A DNA stretch of 40,950 bases from Acidobacteriota bacterium (GCA_003223145.1 QHXY01000150.1:1-40950), one strand, 5' to 3'; shown: positions 10,827-22,156, numbered from the stretch's first letter. The notes: generated by a model not told the origin, from the letters alone. Made by a program: numbers and translations.

Positions 10827-11291
10827 CTACTCGACTTCCAGGATCGCCTCGAGCTGCAGGCAGGCATTGAGGGGCAGCTCCGACACTCCCAGGCTGAAGC
10901 GCGTGTGCTTGCCGCGCTCACCGTAGACCTTCACGAACACCTCCGAGGCCCCCTCGATGACATCAAAAGCGTCGAGAAACCCGGGCGCCGCCGCCACGTG
11001 GCCGACCAGCTGCACCACTCTTTTGACGCGATCGAGGTCCTCGATCGCCTGCTTGGCGGTCGCCAGGACGCTCAGGGCGGCAAGCCGCGCCGCCTCCTTC
11101 CCCTCCTCGACGGTCACCTCGCGACCGATCTTGCCGGGGTACTTCAGGCGGCCGTTTTCCTTGGGCAGCTTGGCCGAGATAAACAACAGGTTCCCGGTCC
11201 TGACGCTCTGAACATACGCCCCGAGAGGCTTGCCGACTTCCGGGAGTCGGTACCCGAGCGCCTCCAGGTTCTTTTCGACGTCTCCTGCCAT
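10827..11291 (-). CDS. ridA: RidA/YjgF/UK114-family protein
   Basis: Tracked ORF of 154 aa; ATG at 11291 follows GGGAGGGG. ...TGNLLFISAKLPKENGRLKYPGKIGREVTVEEGKEAARLAAL...RFSLGVSELPLNACLQLEAILEV is typical of the family. The gene ends in TAG. Confidence 0.85.
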   Translation of the reverse strand: MAGDVEKNLEALGYRLPEVGKPLGAYVQSVRTGNLLFISAKLPKENGRLKYPGKIGREVTVEEGKEAARLAALSVLATAKQAIEDLDRVKRVVQLVGHVAAAPGFLDAFDVIEGASEVFVKVYGERGKHTRFSLGVSELPLNACLQLEAILEVE

Positions 11292-11366
11292 CCGAGACCC
11301 CTCCCTGCCGGCGGGTGAATCGTCGCGCGCCGCACGGCGCCATCACGACGAACCGTTCTGTCGCTA

Positions 11367-11394
11367 ATATTAGCATTGACCTGCGCGCTGTCCA
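11367..11394 (-). promoter_or_regulatory. candidate sigma70-type promoter for the ridA-led minus-strand operon (TGGACA-N16-TAATAT)
   Basis: Read on the minus strand, TGGACA lies at 11394-11389 and TAATAT at 11372-11367. The -10 lies inside the perfect palindrome GCTAATATTAGC (11363-11374). Confidence 0.4.
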
Positions 11395-11465
11395 CAGATT
11401 TCACGCACCCGTCACGTTCGCGTCGGCCCCCGCGGCCGGGCCGCGATGCTGCGAGCTTTTTCCTT

Positions 11466-11494
11466 TTGACTTGCCCGACGGGCGTAGGCTAACA
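11466..11494 (+). promoter_or_regulatory. candidate sigma70-type promoter for the kdsB operon (TTGACT-N17-CTAACA, or N18-TAACAT)
   Basis: TTGACT lies at 11466-11471 and CTAACA at 11489-11494. This places the transcription start near 11501 and argues for the kdsB start at 11529. Confidence 0.4.
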
Positions 11495-11528
11495 TCCATC
11501 GATGCAGCACATCACGCCCAAGGCGGCA

Positions 11529-13932
<2,404 letters not shown>

Positions 13933-13957
13933 TCCGGGACCGGGCCGGACCCGACGG

Positions 13958-14773
13958 GTGGAGATCGCCCGCGATCTCGCCATGGGGGGCGGGGCTCCGC
14001 TCGTGTTCATCGCCGGTCCCTGCGTGATCGAGAGCGAACAGCACGCCCTGACGATGGCCCGCGCCCTCTCGCAGATCTCCGGGGCCGCCGGGGTTGCCTT
14101 CATCTTCAAGTCGTCCTTCGACAAGGCGAACCGCAGCTCGGTCGGATCGTTCCGCGGACCCGGGCTGCGCGAAGGGCTGCGCATACTCGAGAAGGTCAGG
14201 TCGGAGGTCGGCGTCCCCGTGCTGTCCGACATCCACGAGCCCTCCCAGGCGGAAGCGGCGGCCGAGGTCCTCGACATCCTGCAGATACCGGCGTTCCTCT
14301 GCCGCCAGACCGACCTGCTCCTTGCGGCGGGACGCGCCGGCAAGACCGTGAACATCAAGAAGGGGCAGTTCCTGTCACCCTGGGAGTTGAAGAACGCCAT
14401 CGACAAGGTGCGGTCGCAGGGAAACGATCGGGTACTGGTCACGGAGAGGGGCACCTCGTTCGGCTACCAGAATCTGGTAGTCGACTACCGATCGCTCGTC
14501 GTGATGCGCGGGTTCGGGTTCCCGGTCGTGATGGACGCCACCCACTCGGTCCAGCACCCCGGGGGCCTCGGCGACCGCAGCGGGGGCGATGCCGAGTTCA
14601 TCCCCTATCTCGCCCGGGCCGCGGCCGCGGTCGGCATCGACGCGCTGTTCTGTGAAGTCCACGACGACCCCTCCGCCGCCCGGAGCGACGGCCCGAACGC
14701 GCTGCGTCTGGACGCCGTCGAGCCGCTCCTCCGTGCTGTGGTTTCAATTGACGCCCTCGTCAGGGGACGCTGA
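13958..14773 (+). CDS. kdsA: 3-deoxy-8-phosphooctulonate (Kdo8P) synthase
   Basis: Part of tracked ORF 13898-14773; GTG at 13958 lies after the pyrG stop. Motifs: [43 protein letters not shown] and DATHSVQ. Confidence 0.9.
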   Translation: MEIARDLAMGGGAPLVFIAGPCVIESEQHALTMARALSQISGAAGVAFIFKSSFDKANRSSVGSFRGPGLREGLRILEKVRSEVGVPVLSDIHEPSQAEAAAEVLDILQIPAFLCRQTDLLLAAGRAGKTVNIKKGQFLSPWELKNAIDKVRSQGNDRVLVTERGTSFGYQNLVVDYRSLVVMRGFGFPVVMDATHSVQHPGGLGDRSGGDAEFIPYLARAAAAVGIDALFCEVHDDPSAARSDGPNALRLDAVEPLLRAVVSIDALVRGR

Positions 14774-15729
14774 TGCCCCGCGACATCGCCCGCAAGGTTC
14801 TCGAGCTCGAGGCGCACGCCATCCTGGATCTGGTCCCGCGCCTCGACGAAGCGTTCGATCGGGCGGTCGACACTCTGCACGCCTGCAAGGGCCGAGTCGT
14901 TGTCACGGGGATGGGCAAGTCGGGGCTCATCGGCGCCAAGATAGCCGCCACGCTCAGCAGCACCGGGACACCGGCTCTCTTCCTGCACCCGGCCGAGGCC
15001 GTTCATGGTGATATCGGCATGGTGGTCCCTGGGGACGTCGTCCTGGCGATCTCCCAGAGCGGGGAGACCGACGAGCTGATCCGGCTGATGGAGCTGATGA
15101 AGCGTCTGGACGTGGGCCTGATCTCGATGACCGGCGATCCCAGCTCGACCCTGGCCCGACACTCGCGCATCGTGCTCGATGTGCATATCGCGGAGGAGGC
15201 CTCCCCCCTCGGTCTGGTACCGACCGCAAGCACCACGGCGGCCCTGGCGATGGGCGACGCCCTGGCGATGGCGCTGCTCGAGAAGCGCGGTTTCACTCCG
15301 GACGATTTCGCGCGCTATCACCCGGGCGGGCGCATCGGCAAGAAAGTCGTCACCGTCGGCCACCTGATGCACGGCGGCGGGAACGCCCCCATCGTCGGCA
15401 TCGGCGTCTCCATGCGCGACGCCATCCGTACCATCAGCGAGAAACGGCTTGGAATGACCTGCGTCGTCCACAACGACGGCAGGCTCGCCGGGGTGATTAC
15501 GGACGGCGATCTGCGCAGGCACCTGGGACGGGGCGACGACCTGCTCAGACTGACGGTCGATGTCGTGATGACACGCGATCCGGTGACCATCGGGAGGCAG
15601 GATCTCGCCGTGTCGGCGCTTAACCTCCTGGAGACCAGGAAGATCACCTCGCTCGTCGTGGTCGATCAGGAGCAGCGCGTTGAAGGGGTCGTACACATCC
15701 ACGATCTCTGGCGCACCCAGCTCTTTTGA
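14773..15729 (+). CDS. kdsD: arabinose-5-phosphate isomerase (SIS domain + tandem CBS), KdsD/KpsF
   Basis: Tracked ORF of 318 aa. The ATG overlaps the kdsA TGA (TGATG). VVVTGMGKSGLIGAKIAATLSSTGTPALFLHPAEAVHGDIG is followed by two CBS motifs. Confidence 0.9.
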   Translation: MPRDIARKVLELEAHAILDLVPRLDEAFDRAVDTLHACKGRVVVTGMGKSGLIGAKIAATLSSTGTPALFLHPAEAVHGDIGMVVPGDVVLAISQSGETDELIRLMELMKRLDVGLISMTGDPSSTLARHSRIVLDVHIAEEASPLGLVPTASTTAALAMGDALAMALLEKRGFTPDDFARYHPGGRIGKKVVTVGHLMHGGGNAPIVGIGVSMRDAIRTISEKRLGMTCVVHNDGRLAGVITDGDLRRHLGRGDDLLRLTVDVVMTRDPVTIGRQDLAVSALNLLETRKITSLVVVDQEQRVEGVVHIHDLWRTQLF

Positions 15730-16354
15730 GGCGCGCGGGCCTGCCGCCGCGCCGCGGAGGTCTTCCCTGAGGTGCCGACGGCCTCTGCCGCCTAGGGCGC
15801 GGCGGATCACCTTCATCCTGATGGACGTCGATGGCGTCCTGACCGACGGCCGTCTGTCGATCTCCGGGAGGGACGCGGAGTGGAAGACTTATGATGTCAA
15901 GGACGGCGCCGGGTTGTGGATTGCCCGGCGGGTCGGTTTGCGCACCGGGATCATCTCGGGACGGGGGGGCGTCGCCGTCGCCCGCCGCGCCGAGGAGCTG
16001 GGGATGCACGAGGTCCATCTGCAGGTGAGCGACAAGCTGCAGACCTACCTTCGTGTCGCGCGCCGTCTGAAGCTCGCCGACGCCCAGGTCTGCTACGTGG
16101 GCGACGATGTGACCGACCTTCCGGTTCTCGCCCGCGTCGGCATGCCGGTGGCCGTAGCGGACGCCCACGACGAAGTGCTCCGGCGCGTTCCCTTCGTGAC
16201 GCGGGCCCCCGGCGGTCGCGGCGCGGTGCGCGAAGTCGTCGACGCGATCATCAAGGCTCAGGGGAAATGGGAGGAGGTTGTCGGCTGGTTCGATCCTGAT
16301 CGCAACCGGGCGCCCCGGCCAAGGCGCGACGCCGCGGCGGAGGGAGAGCCGTGA
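15680..16354 (+). CDS. kdsC: Kdo-8-phosphate phosphatase (HAD-IIIA)
   Basis: Tracked ORF of 224 aa. FILMDVDGVLTDGRL...YDVKDG.G...GIISGR...YVGDDVTDLP are KdsC motifs. The start is ambiguous: ATG at 15680 overlaps kdsD by 50 nt, and ATG at 15821 would start directly at the catalytic DVDG motif. Confidence 0.75.
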   Translation: MKGSYTSTISGAPSSFEARGPAAAPRRSSLRCRRPLPPRARRITFILMDVDGVLTDGRLSISGRDAEWKTYDVKDGAGLWIARRVGLRTGIISGRGGVAVARRAEELGMHEVHLQVSDKLQTYLRVARRLKLADAQVCYVGDDVTDLPVLARVGMPVAVADAHDEVLRRVPFVTRAPGGRGAVREVVDAIIKAQGKWEEVVGWFDPDRNRAPRPRRDAAAEGEP

Positions 16355-16701
16355 ACATCCTGGTTTACCTGATCGTCGTGGTCTTTTTCTTCGTACTCAT
16401 TATCGTCGGTGTGTTCAACGGCTCCGACGTCACCATCAATCTGGTGTTGTGGCACGTCGGTCCGATACCGATGGGTGCTGTGATCGCCACGGCCGCTATT
16501 TTCGGAGTCGCCTTCGCGTGCGTCATCGGAGTGATCGACGGCATCAAAATCCGCATCACGAACCGCCAGCTCCAGAAGCAGCTGCGGCACCTTGAGGAGG
16601 AGTCCGACGCGCTGCGGCTGCGCCTCGCCCGTCATGAAGGCCCGGGGGGCGGGCGGACGGCCGCGGAAGGCACCACCTCCTGGAGCGATCCCCGCGGCTG
16701 A
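16351..16701 (+). CDS. lapA: LapA-domain (DUF1049) LPS-assembly-type membrane protein
   Basis: Tracked ORF of 116 aa. GTG at 16351 overlaps the kdsC TGA (GTGA). It has two N-terminal TM helices and then a coiled-coil segment (NRQLQKQLRHLEEESDALRLRL). The genomic context is the Kdo operon. Confidence 0.6.
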   Translation: MNILVYLIVVVFFFVLIIVGVFNGSDVTINLVLWHVGPIPMGAVIATAAIFGVAFACVIGVIDGIKIRITNRQLQKQLRHLEEESDALRLRLARHEGPGGGRTAAEGTTSWSDPRG

Positions 16702-16780
16702 TTGTCATACGGAGTCGCAAGTGTCCAGCAGAAATAGGCTGGGATTCGGCCGATCCGACCTCTGACGAAACTGTCCCGTC

Positions 16781-17533
16781 TTACCTCTTCTTGAGGAACC
16801 CGTCGCCACCGCCGGCCTGGCCACCGCCCGGAGAGGTAGGAGGGGTATTCAGCGGCGGGATGGGGTTGTCCATCAGACTGGCGGCGCTGTTGATGAGCAG
16901 CCCGGTCTCGAAGTTCTTGCTCGCCATCCCGGTCGGCGTCAGGTAGGTGATGAGGGCCGTGGTGCCGCGCAGGGCGATCGACGGCAAGCGGCTGTCGACA
17001 GACTGATCGCTCACCAGGAGAGGAGGAGTCCAGACGCCGTTGATCAGCGTGCTGAAGAATATCTTCGCAGTCTGCTCCGCCCTCCACCATACGAGATAGG
17101 GCGTGCCGGCGCCATCGAACGCCAGCGCCGGACCGAGATCGTCGTAAACGAGAGGAGTTCCGGGGGTGATCGGCGACGCATCGGTCCACTTTCGACCCTT
17201 GATGTCCCACGTCGCAATCACGAGCTGCTTGAGGTTTCCGAAGTTCTTGGGCCACACGACCCAGGGGTTGCCCGTGACGGGCGAGATCTCGATCACTGGC
17301 GGTAGGTCGCCCAGATTGTCGCCGATGGAGTTGAGGAGGACGGATTGCGGCACCCAGGGACGCACCTGGGCCCAGACGACATTGACTGGCCCCCTCTTGC
17401 GGGTCAGGTAGTAAAACCGCTTGAAATTCCCACGAGCGTCGAGTTGGACGCTCACCTCGGCCAGGACCAGCGTGGGCAGGAGCGCCAGAACAGCGACGAC
17501 GACCCATCGACGAGATCCCCTCAGCCGAATCAC
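16781..17533 (-). CDS. secreted protein of unknown function, beta-propeller-like repeats
   Basis: Tracked ORF of 250 aa. Signal peptide MIRLRGSRRWVVVAVLALLPTLVLAEV. Blade-like repeats recur (PPVIEISPVTGNPWVVW / PALAFDGAGTPYLVWW / PSIALRGTTALITY). The tail is Gly-rich and basic. The gene ends in TAA. Confidence 0.6.
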   Translation of the reverse strand: MIRLRGSRRWVVVAVLALLPTLVLAEVSVQLDARGNFKRFYYLTRKRGPVNVVWAQVRPWVPQSVLLNSIGDNLGDLPPVIEISPVTGNPWVVWPKNFGNLKQLVIATWDIKGRKWTDASPITPGTPLVYDDLGPALAFDGAGTPYLVWWRAEQTAKIFFSTLINGVWTPPLLVSDQSVDSRLPSIALRGTTALITYLTPTGMASKNFETGLLINSAASLMDNPIPPLNTPPTSPGGGQAGGGDGFLKKR

Positions 17534-17537
17534 GGCG

Positions 17538-18716
17538 TCACCTGCTCTTTCCCTGCTCGATGAACTGGTCGAATTTCTCTACTTCGAGGAAATGCCGATC
17601 GAGCTGCGACCGCAGGAACTTCAAGCGACCGAAATACACCTTTTCCTGGACCTGGTTCCCCGAGACCCGTGCCATCTCCCACAGGTGGTAGGCCGTTTGG
17701 AAGAGGATATCCACATAGCGCTCTTCTCCACCATGGGCCATGAGCTCGGCTTCTTCAAAGTAATCACGCGCCTTGACCATCTCCTGCTGAGTGAAGTGTA
17801 TTTGCCCGAGGTAGAGGAGGGCGTAGGTGGAGCAGCGCCGGAAACCGTCTTTGCCCGCGATCTGGAGCGCCTCCTTGAGCTCGCGGACTCCCCGTTCCAC
17901 CTTGCCGATCATCGCCTGGCAGAAACCGATATTGATGCGAATGAGCGTCAGGTCGTAGCGGCTCGCCGTGTCCTCCAGCAGGGTGCGCGCCTGTCGGAAG
18001 CTCTCGAGCGCCCTGGTGTAATCGCTTTCGAGGAAATACAGCCGGCCGATCCGGTGCAACGCGTAGCCTTCGTACTCGACACTGCCGCACTCGCGCGCGA
18101 TCGCGAGCCCCTTCTCCGACTCGAGGAGCGCGAGGTACCGGTCTCCCTTGTCCTCGTGCGCGTCGGCGAGCGCCCCGAGAACGGCGACTTCCGTCGTGGG
18201 GGAGATTTCCCGGTGCCGCCTCAGAATCAACCGCAGCTCGGTCTCAGCGAGGCTGACCTTCCCCATGCGCAGAAGCGTCCTTGCCAGGTTGAACCGCGCC
18301 CGAGCCAGGGTTTCTTGGTCGACCTCCGTCCCGTGGCCGTCCTCCAGTCGAGCCAGCGCCGTCTCATAGATCGAGTAGGCGCGCGCGTAGTTGCCCTGGT
18401 CCCATTCCCGACCCGCTTCGGTCTTGATATCGTCGTACGTCGCCGAAATTCCGGGTTCGTAGCGCTCGACCTTCTCGAGGTCGAGGACGTCCGAGAAATT
18501 CTGGATGGGAACATTGAAGATGTTGGCAAGGAGACACAGCTTGTCGAAGGAGGGATAGCACTTGCCGCGCTCGTAGCGCGACAACTGCGAGTTGTCAATC
18601 TCGCCGCCACCCGTCTTGGCCTTGTCCTCGACCCGGCGCAGCGAGAGACCGTACCCAACCCTGAGGCGGCGCAGGTAATTCCCGAGACGCGTACTTCCCC
18701 GCAGCTCCTGTTCCAT
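17538..18716 (-). CDS. XRE-family HTH transcriptional regulator fused to TPR repeats
   Basis: Tracked ORF 17538-18818; the likely start is ATG 18716 (MEQELRGSTRLGNYLRRLR). The HTH is LGNYLRRLRVGYGLSLRRV...SQLSRYERGKCYPSFDKLCLLANIF. About 300 aa of TPR-like helical repeats follow. The stop lies 4 nt before the secreted-protein start. Confidence 0.75.
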   Translation of the reverse strand: MEQELRGSTRLGNYLRRLRVGYGLSLRRVEDKAKTGGGEIDNSQLSRYERGKCYPSFDKLCLLANIFNVPIQNFSDVLDLEKVERYEPGISATYDDIKTEAGREWDQGNYARAYSIYETALARLEDGHGTEVDQETLARARFNLARTLLRMGKVSLAETELRLILRRHREISPTTEVAVLGALADAHEDKGDRYLALLESEKGLAIARECGSVEYEGYALHRIGRLYFLESDYTRALESFRQARTLLEDTASRYDLTLIRINIGFCQAMIGKVERGVRELKEALQIAGKDGFRRCSTYALLYLGQIHFTQQEMVKARDYFEEAELMAHGGEERYVDILFQTAYHLWEMARVSGNQVQEKVYFGRLKFLRSQLDRHFLEVEKFDQFIEQGKSR

Positions 18717-19031
18717 CTGTCCCGTCCCCCGACCGCTGCGCTGCGCTGTTCCCGACCGCACGTCATCCACTATACGCTTGAACCGACCCTTCGACGCTTC
18801 AGATATGGAAGACCTCAAAAGTACGAAGAAGCGTCAACTACTGCAATGGTGCGTTCACATAAAAGATCTGTCAAGAAAGTATTGTAATCCATTCGCGGCT
18901 TGTTTGCAGCACATGTTAACTGGTGCTCTTTGTGTGAGTTAGCGCCCATTTTCGCGCCTCCATGGTCAATCCAGCCTGCCTTGACAATTGAAGCGCCTGC
19001 TCCTACCGTACCGGGGACCTGCGGAGGGGGG

Positions 19032-19790
19032 ATGGAACTTCAAAGCCTGATACGCGAGGGAGTTCTCTCCACCACGACCTTTCCCGGTCTGATGTATTCC
19101 ATTCTAAGTCGGAAAGAAACCGGGGTTCTCAGTCTGACGGGTGACGCGATCGAAAAATCGATATATATCCAGTCCGGCCGGCCGGTGTTTGCCACTTCGA
19201 ACGATCGCGATGATCGTCTCGGACAGATCTTCTTCAAATCGGGGCTGGTCTCGCTGGAAGGGCTGATTGGCGCCCTCGAACGCGCCACTCGCGAGAGCAA
19301 GAGGCTGGGGACGGTCTTCGTCGAACTGGGCCTGATCCAGCCTCATGATCTTGTGGAAGGGGTCCGAACCCAGGTTCGAAACATCGTGTGCAGCCTGTTT
19401 CTCTGGACTCGCGGCCGGTATCGCTACCGTCCAGGGGCTCTCCCCTCGGACGAGGTGATCACCCTGAAGCTCAGCGCGGGCAACACGATTCTCGAAGGCA
19501 TCCGGAGAATCGAGAGCTGGGAGAGAATCTGGGAAGCCGTCGGCGGCCTGGACGCGCACTACCAGACGGCCTCCGGGATCGAAGACATGAGCCGTGACCT
19601 GACCCTGTCGCTGGAGGAGTGGACGCTCCTCTCCTACTGCGAGCGAGCGGTTCCTCTGAGACAGCTGTGCCGGGGGTCGACACTGAAGGATTTCGAGATC
19701 TGCCGGCTCGTCTGGGCCCTGATGACGCTCGGGATCGTGATTCGGGTCTCGTCGCGGGGCGGAACTTCAAATATCCGGGGCCTTGACTGA
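19032..19790 (+). CDS. DUF4388 (PatA-N-like) domain protein
   Basis: Part of tracked ORF 18900-19790; ATG at 19032 follows GGAGGGGGG. TFPGLMYSILSRKETGVLSLTGDAIEKSIYIQSGRPVFATSNDRDDRLGQIFFKSGLV...LGTVFVELGLI...IVCSLFLWTRGRYRY is typical of DUF4388. Confidence 0.7.
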   Translation: MELQSLIREGVLSTTTFPGLMYSILSRKETGVLSLTGDAIEKSIYIQSGRPVFATSNDRDDRLGQIFFKSGLVSLEGLIGALERATRESKRLGTVFVELGLIQPHDLVEGVRTQVRNIVCSLFLWTRGRYRYRPGALPSDEVITLKLSAGNTILEGIRRIESWERIWEAVGGLDAHYQTASGIEDMSRDLTLSLEEWTLLSYCERAVPLRQLCRGSTLKDFEICRLVWALMTLGIVIRVSSRGGTSNIRGLD

Positions 19791-20726
19791 CCCGAGGAGC
19801 TCTTCCGCAGTCAGGGTGGCCGTTCCCACCTTGCCGACGACCACGCCGGCGGCGCTGTTTGCGAGGAGGGCCGCCTCCTGCATGGTCGCCCCCGCGCTGA
19901 GGGCGAGAGCCAGGGTCGCCACCACCGTGTCTCCAGCCCCCGTGACGTCGAAGACCTCCTGCGCCGTGGCGGGTATCAGGATGGGCGGACCGGCCTTCTC
20001 CTGGAGCAGCATGCCGCGGTCCCCCCTCGTGATCAACAGAGATGAGCTCCCGAGGATCTCCAGCAGTCGGTGCGCGATCCCCTCGAATTCCTGATCGGTG
20101 CGCGCCATCGTACCAGCCGCTTCCATGGCCTCCCGCGCGTTCGGTGTCACGACGGTCGCGGGCCTGTAATACCTGAACAGCCGCACCTTCGGATCGACCA
20201 CGACGGGCATGCGACGCCGGGCTGCCTCGGGGAGCAGCGCCGTGAGCAGCTCCGGAGACACAGCGCCTTTGTCGTAATCCGAGATGATGAGTCCGTGCAC
20301 TTGTTCCAGGAGTCGCGTGGACTTTTCCCGCAGGCTCTGTGTGACCGAGGCCTCTATCGGACCGTCGACCTCCCGGTCGACCCGGACCACCTGCTGGTTA
20401 TGGGCGATAACGCGCGTCTTGACAGTGGTGGGCCGACCCCGCTCCACGATCAGGGCCTCGGTCGCCAGTCCGGAGTCCCGGCAAAATTTCTCCAGAAGCT
20501 CTCCTTGAGAATCATCGCCTCGCACTCCGGCAGGGATGGCACGCGCGCCCAGAGAGACCAGATTGCTGACGACGTTGCCCGCGCCGCCCATCCGGAAACT
20601 CTCTCGCTCCAGTCGGACCACAGGGACGGGGGCTTCGGGTGAGATCCGCGACACCTTCCCCCACAGGTACTGGTCGATCATCAGGTCGCCAACCACGAGA
20701 AGGGAAACCTGCGGGAACCGGGTCAC
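19767..20726 (-). CDS. hldA: D-glycero-beta-D-manno-heptose-7-phosphate kinase (RfaE domain I / HldA, PfkB family)
   Basis: Tracked ORF of 319 aa. VLVVGDLMIDQYLWGKVSRISPEAPVPVV...GGAGNV...DVTGAGDTV matches RfaE kinase domains. Confidence 0.85.
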   Translation of the reverse strand: MTRFPQVSLLVVGDLMIDQYLWGKVSRISPEAPVPVVRLERESFRMGGAGNVVSNLVSLGARAIPAGVRGDDSQGELLEKFCRDSGLATEALIVERGRPTTVKTRVIAHNQQVVRVDREVDGPIEASVTQSLREKSTRLLEQVHGLIISDYDKGAVSPELLTALLPEAARRRMPVVVDPKVRLFRYYRPATVVTPNAREAMEAAGTMARTDQEFEGIAHRLLEILGSSSLLITRGDRGMLLQEKAGPPILIPATAQEVFDVTGAGDTVVATLALALSAGATMQEAALLANSAAGVVVGKVGTATLTAEELLGSVKAPDI

Positions 20727-20779
20727 GATGGCCGCGGCGCGCTCCGCGTCAATGGACGGAGGGGAGGCCTTCGGTCGGC

Positions 20780-20962
20780 TCAGGGACGATCCTCGGGCAG
20801 GACGGTCGCCTCTTCGACCAGCATGATCGGGATGTCGTCGACGATCGGATAGCGCCTCCGGCAGGAGCGGCAGACGAGGCCGGCGCCGTCTGGAGTGATC
20901 GTTACTTCAGTCTTGCAGAGCGGACAGGCGAGAATCTCGAGAAGCCGGGGATCGACGGCCAT
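20780..20962 (-). CDS. Trm112/YcaR (UPF0434) family zinc-ribbon protein
   Basis: C-terminal 60 codons of tracked ORF 20780-21373; ATG at 20962. Sequence: MAVDPRLLEILACPLCKTEVTITPDGAGLVCRSCRRRYPIVDDIPIMLVEEA. Confidence 0.75.
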   Translation of the reverse strand: MAVDPRLLEILACPLCKTEVTITPDGAGLVCRSCRRRYPIVDDIPIMLVEEATVLPEDRP

Positions 20963-21043
20963 GACGACGCTCCTTGACGGCGACGACTTATAGCACCCGC
21001 CGGAAAATCTTGTCAAACGTCCTCGCCGCGGAGCCAGTGTAAG

Positions 21044-22156
21044 ATGCAAGCGTTGATGCACCGTCCCGTCGCCCACCTCAAGGATCACGATCGCGTGCTC
21101 CTCATCCGTCTCGGAGCCGTGGGTGACGTGCTGCGCACGCTGCCTGCCCTTCACCTGCTCCGCAGGACCTATCCTGGCCTGCACCTGACCTGGGTGGTGG
21201 AGGATCCGTCGCGCGATCTCCTGGTCGGCCACCCCGAGATCGATGAGCTCATCGTGTTCCCGCGCCGTGAGCTTCGCGAGCTGGCGCTCCGACCGCGCAG
21301 GCTGGCGAGCCGTCTCACGGCGCTGGCTGAAGGCCTGCGGGAACGACGGTTCGGCGTCGCGATCGATTTCCAAGGAAGCTTCAAGAGCGGGCTCCTTGCA
21401 CGAATGTCAGGGGCGCCACGGCGCGTAGGATTTGCGCCCGGACACTGCCGTGAGTTCAGTTTCCTGTGGACGAACGAGTGGGTTCGCCCCCTGGAACTCC
21501 GTCTGAACCGCGTCGAGCGGAATCTGATCATGGCCGAGCGGCTCGGAGCGACCGGGGACGAAGTCGAGGTGATCCTCCCGGAGCTGGCCGACGAAGGTCG
21601 GGAGGCCGAATCCATTCTGGAATCGCTTAACCCGGCGGGCGTTCCGGTGGTTGTTCTCTCACCCGGAACCAGCCGGCGCCAGAGGTGGAAACGCTGGCCG
21701 GTGGAGCACTACGCGCGACTCGCTTCACTCCTGAGGTCGAGTCTCGGCGCGCTGCCACTCGTCGCGTGGGGACCCGGAGAGGAAGGACTGGCGCGATCCA
21801 TCGCTTCCGGTTGCCACGGGCACGCCGTGGTGGCCCCCCCGAGCTCCTTGAGGCTTCTGGCGGCGATCCTCAGACGTTGTGCGCTCTTCGTCGGTGCCGA
21901 TACCGGTCCGATGCACCTCGCATGGGGGATGGGGTGTCCGGTAGTCGCCCTGTTCGGCCCCACCGATCCTCTCCTGAACGCGCCTCTGGGCCCGGCTCAC
22001 CTCGTCCTCCGGTCCGGAAGGTCGACCTCGAACATCTCTCCCGAGGAAGTACTCAGAGCCGCCGGGACTATCCTAGGGCGCAGGTCCGCCCCGCCCCGGA
22101 CACACCGTCTGTCGCGCGCAGCTCTCTTCCCGCGGGCGGTCGGAGCCGGTCCGTGA
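21044..22156 (+). CDS. glycosyltransferase family 9 (LPS heptosyltransferase)
   Basis: Tracked ORF of 370 aa. RVLLIRLGAVGDVLRTLPAL...VLSPGTSRRQRWKRWPVEHYARL...VGADTGPMHLAWGMGCPVVALFGPT is the GT9 pattern. Confidence 0.85.
   Translation: MQALMHRPVAHLKDHDRVLLIRLGAVGDVLRTLPALHLLRRTYPGLHLTWVVEDPSRDLLVGHPEIDELIVFPRRELRELALRPRRLASRLTALAEGLRERRFGVAIDFQGSFKSGLLARMSGAPRRVGFAPGHCREFSFLWTNEWVRPLELRLNRVERNLIMAERLGATGDEVEVILPELADEGREAESILESLNPAGVPVVVLSPGTSRRQRWKRWPVEHYARLASLLRSSLGALPLVAWGPGEEGLARSIASGCHGHAVVAPPSSLRLLAAILRRCALFVGADTGPMHLAWGMGCPVVALFGPTDPLLNAPLGPAHLVLRSGRSTSNISPEEVLRAAGTILGRRSAPPRTHRLSRAALFPRAVGAGP

Noticed and set aside
9441-11318. Very long ORFs antisense to, or out of frame with, recognised genes. 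Examples: 9441-11318 +, 32622-35042 +, 12769-14454 -, 3432-4634 +, 1100-2170 +, 5066-6058 +, 14605-15816 -, 28659-29777 -, and the upstream two-thirds of 8098-9870 -.
   Set aside because: Their translations are Arg/Gly/Pro/Asp-rich low-complexity strings typical of stop-poor alternative frames in high-GC DNA. Each overlaps a gene with unambiguous family motifs (moaA, polA, pyrG, mrp, aspA, kdsD, groEL).
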